A stretch of DNA of 54,473 nucleotides from a virus (taxonomy: Duplodnaviria; Caudoviricetes), in IMG/VR virus record IMGVR_UViG_3300030060_004062, positions 1-54,473 of that record; one strand, written 5' to 3'. Below the pieces are notes generated by a model. It searched no databases. It was not told where the DNA came from and saw nothing but the letters and a program-made list of their open reading frames with translations. The position numbers were made by a program, and so were the translations under genes. Positions 28,803 to 37,986 of the stretch are shown in pieces (the stretch's first letter is position 1; the number at the start of each line of letters is the position of its first letter).

Positions 28803-28891
28803 AACCAAAAGACCGCTAGAAATAAATCTAACGGCCTTCTGGGAGGAGATGTGATGTGCGCTCTACGGGAGGAGAAAACCGGAGCGCACAT
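28803..28891 (-). ncRNA. Cuckoo-like (CCUCCUCCC-motif) small RNA
   Basis: Upstream TTGACA promoter; 10-bp hairpin with CTCCTCCC in the loop; second CTCCTCCC; intrinsic terminator. Confidence 0.7.
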
Positions 28892-28918
28892 TCAATATGT
28901 AGTGCATCCCCTCTAATG

Positions 28919-29494
28919 TCAACTACTAGATTTAGATATTTTGTTCCAGTGCTCAATAGCCTCATCAGATAGCGGCTTTGATTCGTCGTCCATTTCTGAT
29001 TTGAATTGATCTTGTGTGATCTCTTTTTTGCCCAGATCACGGATTCGATCCTGAGTGTCAAGAATTGCCTTAACCTGATCGGCAGACGGTCCTTTACCTA
29101 GCTTAACTTTTTCAAGGTGCCTAGTTGTAAAGTAGAATCCAGCAATAGCGATAAAGACAGCGGCGAGCCACTCGGGAACAAGAGCATATGCCGCCATAGC
29201 CGAACTAAACCGAACAGGGTCAAAGATAGGCCAAACAAGTAACCCCATAACACCCAAAGCCATCAGCGGTCTGGGCGCACGGTTTAACCCGTCCCACAAC
29301 GAATCCCACCAAGTCCTGTTCTGTCTTAACTGTGAGTTCTCAGACGAATAGGCAGCATGTACTGCCATTGCCTCAGTGTGTTGATTAGACTCTTGCTGTA
29401 CCTTGTCTCCGGTAAATTTTGCTACGGTATTACCTACAGCACTAACCGTTGACCCGATACCACCCACAAACAAGTTTTTGAGAAACCCAATCAT
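28919..29494 (-). CDS. Holin (3TM / GTA-holin family)
   Basis: WDSLWDGLNRAPRP...DPVRF...LVPEWL...FYF..R; follows the endolysin. Confidence 0.85.
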   Translation of the reverse strand: MIGFLKNLFVGGIGSTVSAVGNTVAKFTGDKVQQESNQHTEAMAVHAAYSSENSQLRQNRTWWDSLWDGLNRAPRPLMALGVMGLLVWPIFDPVRFSSAMAAYALVPEWLAAVFIAIAGFYFTTRHLEKVKLGKGPSADQVKAILDTQDRIRDLGKKEITQDQFKSEMDDESKPLSDEAIEHWNKISKSSS

Positions 29495-29964
29495 CCCGTT
29501 ACGATCATGTCTTTAATTCGAATCGCACGATTGCCAACTTGACGCGCCCATTTGCTATCAAGAGCCTCTACTCCCGCCCTTTCGAAATCACCAGAACGCA
29601 TGGCAGAAAGCATATTCTTGAACTTTGACATACGATGCCACCCAAGATTAAAGCACATATTGGCTAGGGCTTCTTGACGAAGATCAGACAGATCGCGCCA
29701 CCAAGGTATGTTGCGGTCTAAATCATCGCAAACACCCTTGATGTCATTCATGCACAGAATCTCCACCTGATTGTTTGTGAGAACAAGTTTAGACAAGTCG
29801 AAAGACTGATCAATGCCAATCATGTTCATCTCATCTTGAGACAAACCAACATGGTCAAGGTTGCGACCAATGCCAACAGTCAAAAGCCCCTCAGTATCGC
29901 GATACGGTGTACTCCTTACACCCTCATCAATCTTCAACTGATTCACGAGTCTTACAATGTTCAT
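29491..29964 (-). CDS. Endolysin, GH24 / T4-type lysozyme
   Basis: DEG...YRDTEG..TVGIG (E-x8-D-x5-T), NMCFNLG and SKWARQVG.RA. Confidence 0.92.
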   Translation of the reverse strand: MNIVRLVNQLKIDEGVRSTPYRDTEGLLTVGIGRNLDHVGLSQDEMNMIGIDQSFDLSKLVLTNNQVEILCMNDIKGVCDDLDRNIPWWRDLSDLRQEALANMCFNLGWHRMSKFKNMLSAMRSGDFERAGVEALDSKWARQVGNRAIRIKDMIVTG

Positions 29965-29967
29965 ATC

Positions 29968-30336
29968 TCAATCCGGCTTGATAATATCGTCTACAGAGCA
30001 AATATCTTTTTTGGAAAAGCCAAACTTTTTGCAGGCAGCACTGAACATAACAACCACACCCTTTGCACCATAAAGACCACCAACCGCAAGAATGCCATAA
30101 GTTATTGGCCCGTCTGGAATCTCCATCCATTCAATAATTCCGCCCCAGAAAACACCACAGAAGAACACCAAGAAGGGCTCAAGCAAGAATTCCCTGAACG
30201 TCGGGAACCGCCTTTTTATGTGCGACCAATAGACAAAACGACCAATTAATATTGATGCAAAATAGAGAAAGCTTGCATAGTAATCCTTCGCCACGGCTAT
30301 CATTTCATTCCAAAATCCTATGTCTCTATATGGCAT
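29968..30336 (-). CDS. Membrane protein, possible second holin or antiholin
   Basis: Three TM segments, charged C-terminus, directly upstream of the endolysin. Confidence 0.6.
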   Translation of the reverse strand: MPYRDIGFWNEMIAVAKDYYASFLYFASILIGRFVYWSHIKRRFPTFREFLLEPFLVFFCGVFWGGIIEWMEIPDGPITYGILAVGGLYGAKGVVVMFSAACKKFGFSKKDICSVDDIIKPD

Positions 30337-31011
30337 CTACACACGCTTAAACTTATTAATTGCTCTTTCCATTAAACAATAACCCAAAGTTTTATTTAAT
30401 GAAAGAGTTGAGCAATCATTTATTAGCGGTATAGCCTTCTCGCCTATCCTTTCGGCTAGTATGTTATCATCTTCTTTGTTTATGTCAATTCCGGTGTCAA
30501 CAAAAACATACTCAGAAAGGTCTAATAGTTCTGTTTTTTTCTTCGTGAACCTGCGCTTGTGAACAAAGTAAGAATTTTCACCAGCAACTAAAACTCGACC
30601 ACCATACAAAGCGCACGTTCCAAATCTTAGAACATTTCCGGCCTGCATTGCATTTTTAACCGGAGCAAGAGCGTACATGTAAGTTTTATCACTGAAGTCA
30701 TCGGACTTTGGTTTAAACAAAAACGCTGTCTTAATCATCCAGACGCAAAAAGCCATAAAGGCCATTATCAAGGGCCAGAATCCTTGATCTAGGTACACCC
30801 CCGACAAGTTAGTCACTGTGCTTAGAGATACGTAGAGGCCAAGAATAGCAATCATTGCCTGCGCGTTTCCGTTCCTAACGTTAGGCCACGCAATAGCGCA
30901 CAAACAAATAATGCTCAGGTCGTGAAATACCCAAGCAGCGAACCATTGATCCTCAAAAAAGTAATGAGCGAACTGAAAATACATCAAGCCGCCCATCAAC
31001 ATCGTCATCAT
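30337..31011 (-). CDS. Hypothetical membrane protein
   Basis: N-terminal TM helices plus a soluble C-terminal domain. Confidence 0.6.
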   Translation of the reverse strand: MMTMLMGGLMYFQFAHYFFEDQWFAAWVFHDLSIICLCAIAWPNVRNGNAQAMIAILGLYVSLSTVTNLSGVYLDQGFWPLIMAFMAFCVWMIKTAFLFKPKSDDFSDKTYMYALAPVKNAMQAGNVLRFGTCALYGGRVLVAGENSYFVHKRRFTKKKTELLDLSEYVFVDTGIDINKEDDNILAERIGEKAIPLINDCSTLSLNKTLGYCLMERAINKFKRV

Positions 31012-32396
31012 TAAAACCCATCGGTTTCAATACCTGTTAGCAACGCCAAATATCCAGCGTAACTTGTCAACCCTGATGCATTTGCCGTGGCCGCAACATC
31101 AGATGTACTAACCGATGTTGACGCACCGGTGACCGGATTTGCAGAGTTTAGGCCATCACCCGATCCGCTACTGTCGTTGCAATAGACAGACAAGATCAAG
31201 TCGCTCGATTTGTCCCATGTGAAATCAAGCCAGTCGCTTGATATTGATCCTGCTGCCGGGACCGTGACAGCATCAGACCCGTTGAACTGAATTTTTGTCA
31301 AACCTGACGCATCCCAAACATCCCCAGATTCGCTTGCTTGCCCGATAAACGCCTTCGACAGCACCAGCGGTTCAGAAGCATCCCCGCCAAACGTTAACCT
31401 CATCTTTGTTACAGGCCCCGACGGAGCGGTGATAACGGATGCAGGGATACGGACTTTAATTGTTTTGGTGCCCACGTTGCCGAACTTTCCATTTTGTGCA
31501 ACCGAAAAGATACTAGCGGTTTCCTCGACTGGCGGATCAGGATCAGGGGCCGCAGGAGATTCAACAATCGGCGGAATGTGACAATAAACCGAAATATTGC
31601 CTTCATGCGTCCCATCCATGTATGGACGTGAATATCCAATGCAAACGTTGCGTTTCACCACGCCAACATGACATGCAACCCCGTTATTATCGGGAATGTC
31701 TTCCGAAATAACACAAACATTACCCGTCAATTCAGGCTCGCCAACCGACGCGTGGTTTGCGGCCCGCCAGAAGTTCACGAACAGATTGTCCTTGATTTTA
31801 TGCCCGCCGCCACTTCCGCCGAACACTCCATAGCTGTTTATCTGCGGCACAGAGTTGATGGCAATGCAGCGTTCCATGGTTCCGCCGATACAAGTCGCCG
31901 CAAAATTGACTGGCAAACCCTCACCTGCCCCAGACCCGACATACCCAGCTTGGTAATACATTTCCTCAAACTGGACCCCATAAACTACAGGGCTTGAACT
32001 ATCACATTGAATTCCTATAGCATATTTTTCATCAGTAACACCGGCAATGCTGCCGCACTTTCCACCGATCACCGAGCAATTCGCTGCTGCAAGCCACGCC
32101 CCGATATAGCGATTTCCGCTCAAGTCGATATTAACGATCTCTGATCCGTCACCTTCAAGTTTTATGCCGACACGCGCCCCTGTAACTTTGCCGCCCCCAA
32201 TGCTGTCACCGACAATAGAGTTTGAACCTTGAGCGATAACACCGTAATTCCATGCGTTTCCTCCGCCGCCGACGTCAACGGTGTGGCCCGCAAGATCAAG
32301 AAAAGCAGTACCTGTGAAAACAAGACCACCAGCAATGTCTTGAGAAAGCTTGTAGGTTCCAGACCCGTAGGTCCCGGAAGATGAAATCAATGTCAT
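31011..32396 (-). CDS. Tailspike or receptor-binding protein (beta-helix plus C-terminal beta-sandwich)
   Basis: Parallel beta-helix repeats and a Pro-rich linker; follows the tail fibre genes. Confidence 0.65.
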   Translation of the reverse strand: MTLISSSGTYGSGTYKLSQDIAGGLVFTGTAFLDLAGHTVDVGGGGNAWNYGVIAQGSNSIVGDSIGGGKVTGARVGIKLEGDGSEIVNIDLSGNRYIGAWLAAANCSVIGGKCGSIAGVTDEKYAIGIQCDSSSPVVYGVQFEEMYYQAGYVGSGAGEGLPVNFAATCIGGTMERCIAINSVPQINSYGVFGGSGGGHKIKDNLFVNFWRAANHASVGEPELTGNVCVISEDIPDNNGVACHVGVVKRNVCIGYSRPYMDGTHEGNISVYCHIPPIVESPAAPDPDPPVEETASIFSVAQNGKFGNVGTKTIKVRIPASVITAPSGPVTKMRLTFGGDASEPLVLSKAFIGQASESGDVWDASGLTKIQFNGSDAVTVPAAGSISSDWLDFTWDKSSDLILSVYCNDSSGSGDGLNSANPVTGASTSVSTSDVAATANASGLTSYAGYLALLTGIETDGF

Positions 32397-32611
32397 TGCT
32401 GTTTTTCCAATCCATCTTCCGTCGAGTTCAAAACCATACCTGTTTGATAGTCACCTTCAGCAACAGTGAATATCTCGTTAGGTTGTAATTCCCAATCCCG
32501 CTCAATAGCTCTCGCAGATACTGGATTTCCCAATCCGTTACTTGATATTGCCCATTCCATATTAGAATCTCCAACCACGAACACTGATTGAACCTTGGGC
32601 GTTAACTCCAC
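32393..32611 (-). CDS. Small tail fibre-associated protein
   Basis: Between fibre and spike; start probably MEW. Confidence 0.45.
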   Translation of the reverse strand: MELTPKVQSVFVVGDSNMEWAISSNGLGNPVSARAIERDWELQPNEIFTVAEGDYQTGMVLNSTEDGLEKQQ

Positions 32612-33809
32612 CTACAAAATAATAGATTTGCTGTGGGGTCAGCAACGGCAACTCATTGCTTGCCACGTCAAATGTAACCGTTCCGGTTTCAACTTTCAGT
32701 CTAGAAACACCGTAAACGTCACTTGAGTCGGGTATCACAGACAAGGCAATATCTTGCTGGCCGCTCGATGAATTCAGAATAAGAGACAAGGAAACTGTAG
32801 TCGCCGTTGTCGGTATGGCGCTTGACAAGCTAACTAGAGTTGGTGTCGTTGCAGTTCCAAATGCGAGAACAGATGCAATAACTTGAAGAACCAAATCCCC
32901 GCGCTGCAAAAACCCCCTGAGGTCACTGCTGCTGTCGTTATACACGGCACCAACATAACCCTTATGAGTGTAACCACTTGGCAAAGTCGGAGACGTGTCA
33001 CTTGTTGACATCAATCCAGCAACCGTAGACCCGTTGGTTATGACCCACAAATGATACCAAGTGCTTGGAGCCTCAGATCCAGAATCCAATCCGTTAACGC
33101 CAGAAACGGTTATATCAACAGTAAGGTTAACATTTTCAACCCTTACTTTCCCACCACTCCCATCATCTAAGACTAAAGCCCCTGCGTCAATATCGACAGT
33201 TGAAACAGTGACCCACTTGTTAATAAGAGACTCATACGGAGCAAGGGTATTTGGCCCAGCAACCTGAGTTGAACCTGAAGATGAAGACCACGGCTGCAAT
33301 AGCCAAGCACCAGAACCACCATCGGCTGATGAATCATACCTAACCTCGACCGGTCCATTAGTCGTGATCTCAGTCGTAATCGCGCTTCCATCGTTGTTTA
33401 ATAGTTTTTTTGTGCCGAGCAATCCGCCTGACGTCTGACCAATGTTCAGAGTCGAATTGGTGGTTGATGCGTTTGCTGGCGTGAACCAGATAGTTGCCCC
33501 ATCCATGTTGGCGTAATCTGAAGGTATTTTTACGCCAGAAGAACCCGATATAGGGGTTACTTCGTATGTATTAGCCGACCCTGAATCTACAAATCCTTGA
33601 GATTTAACCCCATGCAGGAACGCAGATTCAGCCATTTGCAACAGGTTGCTGTCTGATGTGCCATCATCTGTGCTTAGAGACTGACCAGAACGAGAAACAA
33701 GATTCTCGGCTTCACCAAGAAAGTTGTTGATGTTTGTAGCGCCCAAAAAATCAGTAGCGGCCGGATCGTTTCCTGCCGGATCGTTTACAAAGGTTCTGAA
33801 ATTACGCAT
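32562..33809 (-). CDS. Tail fibre protein
   Basis: Follows the baseplate wedge genes; NGLDSG..APSTWYHLWV...P.LPSGYTH motif. Confidence 0.8.
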   Translation of the reverse strand: MRNFRTFVNDPAGNDPAATDFLGATNINNFLGEAENLVSRSGQSLSTDDGTSDSNLLQMAESAFLHGVKSQGFVDSGSANTYEVTPISGSSGVKIPSDYANMDGATIWFTPANASTTNSTLNIGQTSGGLLGTKKLLNNDGSAITTEITTNGPVEVRYDSSADGGSGAWLLQPWSSSSGSTQVAGPNTLAPYESLINKWVTVSTVDIDAGALVLDDGSGGKVRVENVNLTVDITVSGVNGLDSGSEAPSTWYHLWVITNGSTVAGLMSTSDTSPTLPSGYTHKGYVGAVYNDSSSDLRGFLQRGDLVLQVIASVLAFGTATTPTLVSLSSAIPTTATTVSLSLILNSSSGQQDIALSVIPDSSDVYGVSRLKVETGTVTFDVASNELPLLTPQQIYYFVGGVNAQGSISVRGWRF

Positions 33810-33815
33810 TTTCTA

Positions 33816-34436
33816 CTAAGACCTTGTTTCAATAATTAGGTATACATTAGCCGGAATTACCTTCTCTAGCAAGCATCGTATTCTATCCTCATCAATACCG
33901 CGAACAAGCTGTTGGGGTAATTTATAGGGCAAAGACTCCCCGCCACGGTCAACTTCAGCAACCAAGATAAATCTTTTTGCAACATCACCTATTAAGTGTT
34001 GAGGCAATCTGTACGGCAAAGAGTAATAAGGCTTGCCCGGATATAGGGTTACGGTTATCCCATCCAGAAAAGCGTTAACAAATGACTGAAGCTCTGACAA
34101 AGTTACAAGTGGTGACTTCTTTATTCTGTCGAGAACAAGCTGGCGACGGGTTTCAATGTCAGTTACAACCCCGAAGCACTCGTCAGGAAGCCCAACAGAC
34201 TTTTCCCATTCATCAATGAGCAAAGTTGTTTGATTGATATCAAACTCTTCCGAAAGCTCCTCAATCAACTGTTCAGTAGTGTTGATCGGGGTTGACATGC
34301 CGTAAACGAGGCCACGAAGATTTGTATCTTCTTTGTATTTGGATTCCCAAGCGATACCATCAGGCATATGGGATGCTAATTCGTTAGCCGTGCCCTCTCT
34401 GTTCGGAGCCTTGAATATCTGCTTTGTTATGGTCAT
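33816..34436 (-). CDS. Baseplate wedge protein (YmfQ/DUF2313, Mu gp48-like)
   Basis: MPDG.AW...LIDEWEKSVGLPDEC...C.LEKVIPAN. Confidence 0.85.
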   Translation of the reverse strand: MTITKQIFKAPNREGTANELASHMPDGIAWESKYKEDTNLRGLVYGMSTPINTTEQLIEELSEEFDINQTTLLIDEWEKSVGLPDECFGVVTDIETRRQLVLDRIKKSPLVTLSELQSFVNAFLDGITVTLYPGKPYYSLPYRLPQHLIGDVAKRFILVAEVDRGGESLPYKLPQQLVRGIDEDRIRCLLEKVIPANVYLIIETRS

Positions 34437-35785
34437 TAGAATGACACCGTTCCTAAGACTGCAATTTCACCTGAAGATATTGAGATTGTCCCTGATGGAG
34501 CAGAAAGCGAGAACGAGTCAATTTCTGTTCCGGTTGTCGTATCTACCGTGTTATTGATTGCCCCAAGATAATCCGCCTCAGTAACGTCATCTTCAAAATC
34601 TACGCTATCATCAAAGAACGCCTGAAGCTGGTTTTCAATTGCAGTTCTCATTGTGGGAGTGTCAGGTGTGATGGATGTGAAAGTAAAATCAACCTCCACT
34701 GGCGTTGGGGCAAATACGAAAACATCAGCCTCAGAAGTGTTTGCTGGCATTGCCCCGTTATCAATAATGGCCTGCTTTGTGTTTGCCAAAACTGTAGCAG
34801 TAGGGATTATGTTTGCATCACCGTCACGCAGAACGTAAACAAAGACCTGACCGGGGGCTGGAGCAGATCCCGGAGATGGCGCAGGGTCCGCAACTGACAA
34901 GGTTGGCGTAACAACAAACGCCCTAGTGTTACCAGCAACGCCAAGAGCGGCAAGCTTTACCTGATCGGCTGTAAATACACCTTCAATAATAGATCGTGAA
35001 AGCAATATCCTAGCGCGATACTCATCATCCGTCTCAATATCAGACCCGCCTGATATTCCGTCAAACTGTGCGGTTCCAGTGCCATCTGCCCCTGTAATGG
35101 CGGAAGATAGGTTTAGAACAGAACCGGCATCCAGATTAGTGCTAGAACCGGTCGTGGTGCATGAAACATTTGCATTGGCATAAGTGGAAGTATAGGAGAT
35201 GGTTCCAGTTGCTGGTGTCGCCGGAGATCCTGAAATCTGAAATGTAAACTGATCGCGCGCGGTAACGGTTATCGAAAATGTTCCATTATATTCCGCCTGA
35301 TCTGCGCCTGATATAGTCACTTCAAGGTTACTTGCTAGGGAGTGGTCAGCCGCCATCGTTGCGGTTGCAGTTGTCCCAGATCGCGTAATAGAACTAATAG
35401 CCTGACTAACATTCTGAATAACCGCTACTGCGGATGTTTCATATTCAAGTCCGTTAGAACCGTTGAATATAGTCAGAGCAGGAATTACCGTTCCGTTAGT
35501 TCCGGGTATAGAAAGATTACCCTCAGCCGATGATGCGGGGTTTCTTGTTAGGTCTTCGTAATCACCCCATCGCTCAAGGTAAACACCACCGGCAAATTGA
35601 GGAAACAACTGGAACGAAAGATCACGAATTTTTAGCTGGTTTGAATACGCCAAGGCAGAAGCCGAATCAATCATCGGCCTTGCAAATGATCCGAAAACAG
35701 TAGGATCAACTTCTGGAATACGACGCCTTAGCTCGGCACGACCTTGACCAGATAGCGTTGCATATGTTTCAAAGTTCAGAGCCAC
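34436..35785 (-). CDS. Baseplate J / Mu gp47-like protein
   Basis: YLERWG, GGSDIETDDEYRARIL and GEIAVLG; carries an inserted beta domain. Confidence 0.9.
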   Translation of the reverse strand: MALNFETYATLSGQGRAELRRRIPEVDPTVFGSFARPMIDSASALAYSNQLKIRDLSFQLFPQFAGGVYLERWGDYEDLTRNPASSAEGNLSIPGTNGTVIPALTIFNGSNGLEYETSAVAVIQNVSQAISSITRSGTTATATMAADHSLASNLEVTISGADQAEYNGTFSITVTARDQFTFQISGSPATPATGTISYTSTYANANVSCTTTGSSTNLDAGSVLNLSSAITGADGTGTAQFDGISGGSDIETDDEYRARILLSRSIIEGVFTADQVKLAALGVAGNTRAFVVTPTLSVADPAPSPGSAPAPGQVFVYVLRDGDANIIPTATVLANTKQAIIDNGAMPANTSEADVFVFAPTPVEVDFTFTSITPDTPTMRTAIENQLQAFFDDSVDFEDDVTEADYLGAINNTVDTTTGTEIDSFSLSAPSGTISISSGEIAVLGTVSF

Positions 35786-36224
35786 GAGTATTATCCCAAA
35801 GAATTGAATAAGATTTTGTTTCGCCGGTAACGGTTGTTATTTCAATGTTAAAACTTACACCTTTTGCGGTTACATTGGCAACACTTGCACTAACTGACTT
35901 TGCTATTCCATCTTCTACCATCCAAGCCAAGCAGTTATTTGCAGCAACTTCAATTTGATTGATTATGTCTCTTGTTATCCTTGATTGCTCATATAGCCAC
36001 AATATTGATCCAAGGCCACGCCCCACATCAGCAGTAAGAATATTACCAACCCAACCGCGACGACTAAACGCAGTTGCTACGTTTGATGCGGGCGCACGGT
36101 CATCGGTGAACAAAGAAACAATAATTGCTGTCTCAAACCCATCAACAGATTCGAAGTTTTGATCAAAGACAGAAAGATCGTAAATTCCGTCTGCATTTTT
36201 TTTAAGTCTAAGGTCTTGCTTCAT
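35769..36224 (-). CDS. Mu gp46-like baseplate protein
   Basis: ETAIIVSLFTD.RA...RRGWVG...GS.LWL...LAWMVEDG.A. Confidence 0.9.
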   Translation of the reverse strand: MKQDLRLKKNADGIYDLSVFDQNFESVDGFETAIIVSLFTDDRAPASNVATAFSRRGWVGNILTADVGRGLGSILWLYEQSRITRDIINQIEVAANNCLAWMVEDGIAKSVSASVANVTAKGVSFNIEITTVTGETKSYSILWDNTRGSEL

Positions 36225-36841
36225 ACTGGAGGTCCCGTATTAGATGCACCTGACTGAACCCCGCTATGAACGTGAGTTTTGAGACTTTTACCATCAGCCG
36301 ACACATCTCCACCAGTCACCACTAGGCCCGCCGCAGTAAAGTCAAAGGTAGTTCCGCCAACATCGAAAGAAACTGAGTTTGACGCGGTTACAGAAACATC
36401 ACCGCCAGAAATAACGGTAACATCTCCACCAGCGGTTAGAGAGGCACTCCCACTTACAATCACCTGAGTGTTTGCAACTGAATTAACCAAAACATCGCCG
36501 TTCTCTTTGAAGTAAACGTATGAACCAGTTACATAGTTTCCAACCGCAACCTCACCCTCGGAAAGGTTCTTTAAGGTTCTGTTTTTGGGATCGTCTGCAA
36601 TCCCTATTGCGTTAGACTCAAGTCCATTTTGCGCAAACAGCATTGCTATTGAACCAGCAGGAGGGTTATGCATCACACCATACGGTGTAAAAAGCGTTCC
36701 CTTCTGTGGGTTTGTGTCACTTTTACCCTCATATGAAAACCAACCATCACGCAGGTTTACGCTATCGTCTGAACCGATAACCTTAGCCATCTTGAAGATT
36801 GATTTAAGTCTCTGCAATATGTTGTAAGGGATACTACTCAA
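36221..36841 (-). CDS. Baseplate spike (Mu gp45 / gpV-like)
   Basis: YG...PP.GS, L.EGEVAV and C-terminal SLKTHVHSGVQSG..TGPP. Confidence 0.9.
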   Translation of the reverse strand: MSSIPYNILQRLKSIFKMAKVIGSDDSVNLRDGWFSYEGKSDTNPQKGTLFTPYGVMHNPPAGSIAMLFAQNGLESNAIGIADDPKNRTLKNLSEGEVAVGNYVTGSYVYFKENGDVLVNSVANTQVIVSGSASLTAGGDVTVISGGDVSVTASNSVSFDVGGTTFDFTAAGLVVTGGDVSADGKSLKTHVHSGVQSGASNTGPPV

Positions 36842-37986
36842 CGCTGGAACCTTACGCTTGTATCTGGGGTTTGGCGCTGCAAATTATTACCTTGACGCGC
36901 CCGTCTCGTGTCAGTCTCGTTATCAATTCGTACATTATACGCTTCTGGCGGCGCCATTGAAATAATACAATTCGTTCCGCCAAGAATATCAACAGAATAT
37001 TCTACAGATCGAATAAGCATAATCCCCCGGATACCCGCAAAATCATCCTTCACAGAGACTAGTTGCCCAAAATCCCATAGCTCGCCATTTTTCTGAGAAA
37101 CGCCAACAACAGTCACTTTATAGTCGGTGCTTCTAGCCTTCCTTACATTGGCCTCTTCAACCGCACGATTGCCACTTTCTGAATTGCCCATAGACTCCTC
37201 GGACTGCAAGTTCAGGAATCTGCTTTCCCGTATTGCTGAATCGGTAGCTTCACCACCCCGACTTGTCGAATCATCTTCGTAGTCACTCAAGAACCCAAAG
37301 TTGTCTTGAGACGAAACCTTGTAAGTCCTGAATCTGTTCTGATGATCGAATGAGACAGAATAATTTTTTACATTGTTGTTAGTGTTGTTAATCTCATGGG
37401 TGATAGAAGATGAAGCCCTAACCAATCCCGGACGGTAAACCAAAAGTCTACCATCGCCACTTGCCACTAGGTATACTTGTTTCTTGCGGGCAAAAGATGT
37501 CAGATAATCAATGCAAGATTTACCCGCATCAGCCGAAACACCCACATCGGCCTCAAAAGAAAACTCATCACCGGAATCCTCAAACAGAACCGGCGATCCG
37601 ATAGAGTTTACAACCTCAATATCCGCACCAAGATCGGCAATAACTTTTTCACACATCCCAACCATTGAAACGGGAGTCGGAATATTCTTTGCCGCGTCTG
37701 GAACAGATGAATCAATCAAATCGCAAGTGTTGTCACGCCCCGAAACCTCAACGGTGTGCGTGTCGTCATCCATTCGACCAATTACACGCTCCGCAAATCC
37801 GGTAATCTTTGGCTTTCCATTAACAACAACCTGAACCTTATCCCCTGCTTTTACAGGATACCGCGCCGGGGTTGTGTTTGATGAAGTGAACCGAAACGCG
37901 CCTGAATTGGCGTCAATTGATCTTTGAACGCTTGCTGTCTCCCAAAGCTCAAATTTCTTGCCGTTTACACGAATTTCAAAACTCAC
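36838..37986 (-). CDS. Baseplate hub (Mu gpP / gp44-like)
   Basis: W..ASVQRSID...ITGF...SGRD.T.DLIDSS. Confidence 0.88.
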   Translation of the reverse strand: MSFEIRVNGKKFELWETASVQRSIDANSGAFRFTSSNTTPARYPVKAGDKVQVVVNGKPKITGFAERVIGRMDDDTHTVEVSGRDNTCDLIDSSVPDAAKNIPTPVSMVGMCEKVIADLGADIEVVNSIGSPVLFEDSGDEFSFEADVGVSADAGKSCIDYLTSFARKKQVYLVASGDGRLLVYRPGLVRASSSITHEINNTNNNVKNYSVSFDHQNRFRTYKVSSQDNFGFLSDYEDDSTSRGGEATDSAIRESRFLNLQSEESMGNSESGNRAVEEANVRKARSTDYKVTVVGVSQKNGELWDFGQLVSVKDDFAGIRGIMLIRSVEYSVDILGGTNCIISMAPPEAYNVRIDNETDTRRARQGNNLQRQTPDTSVRFQR

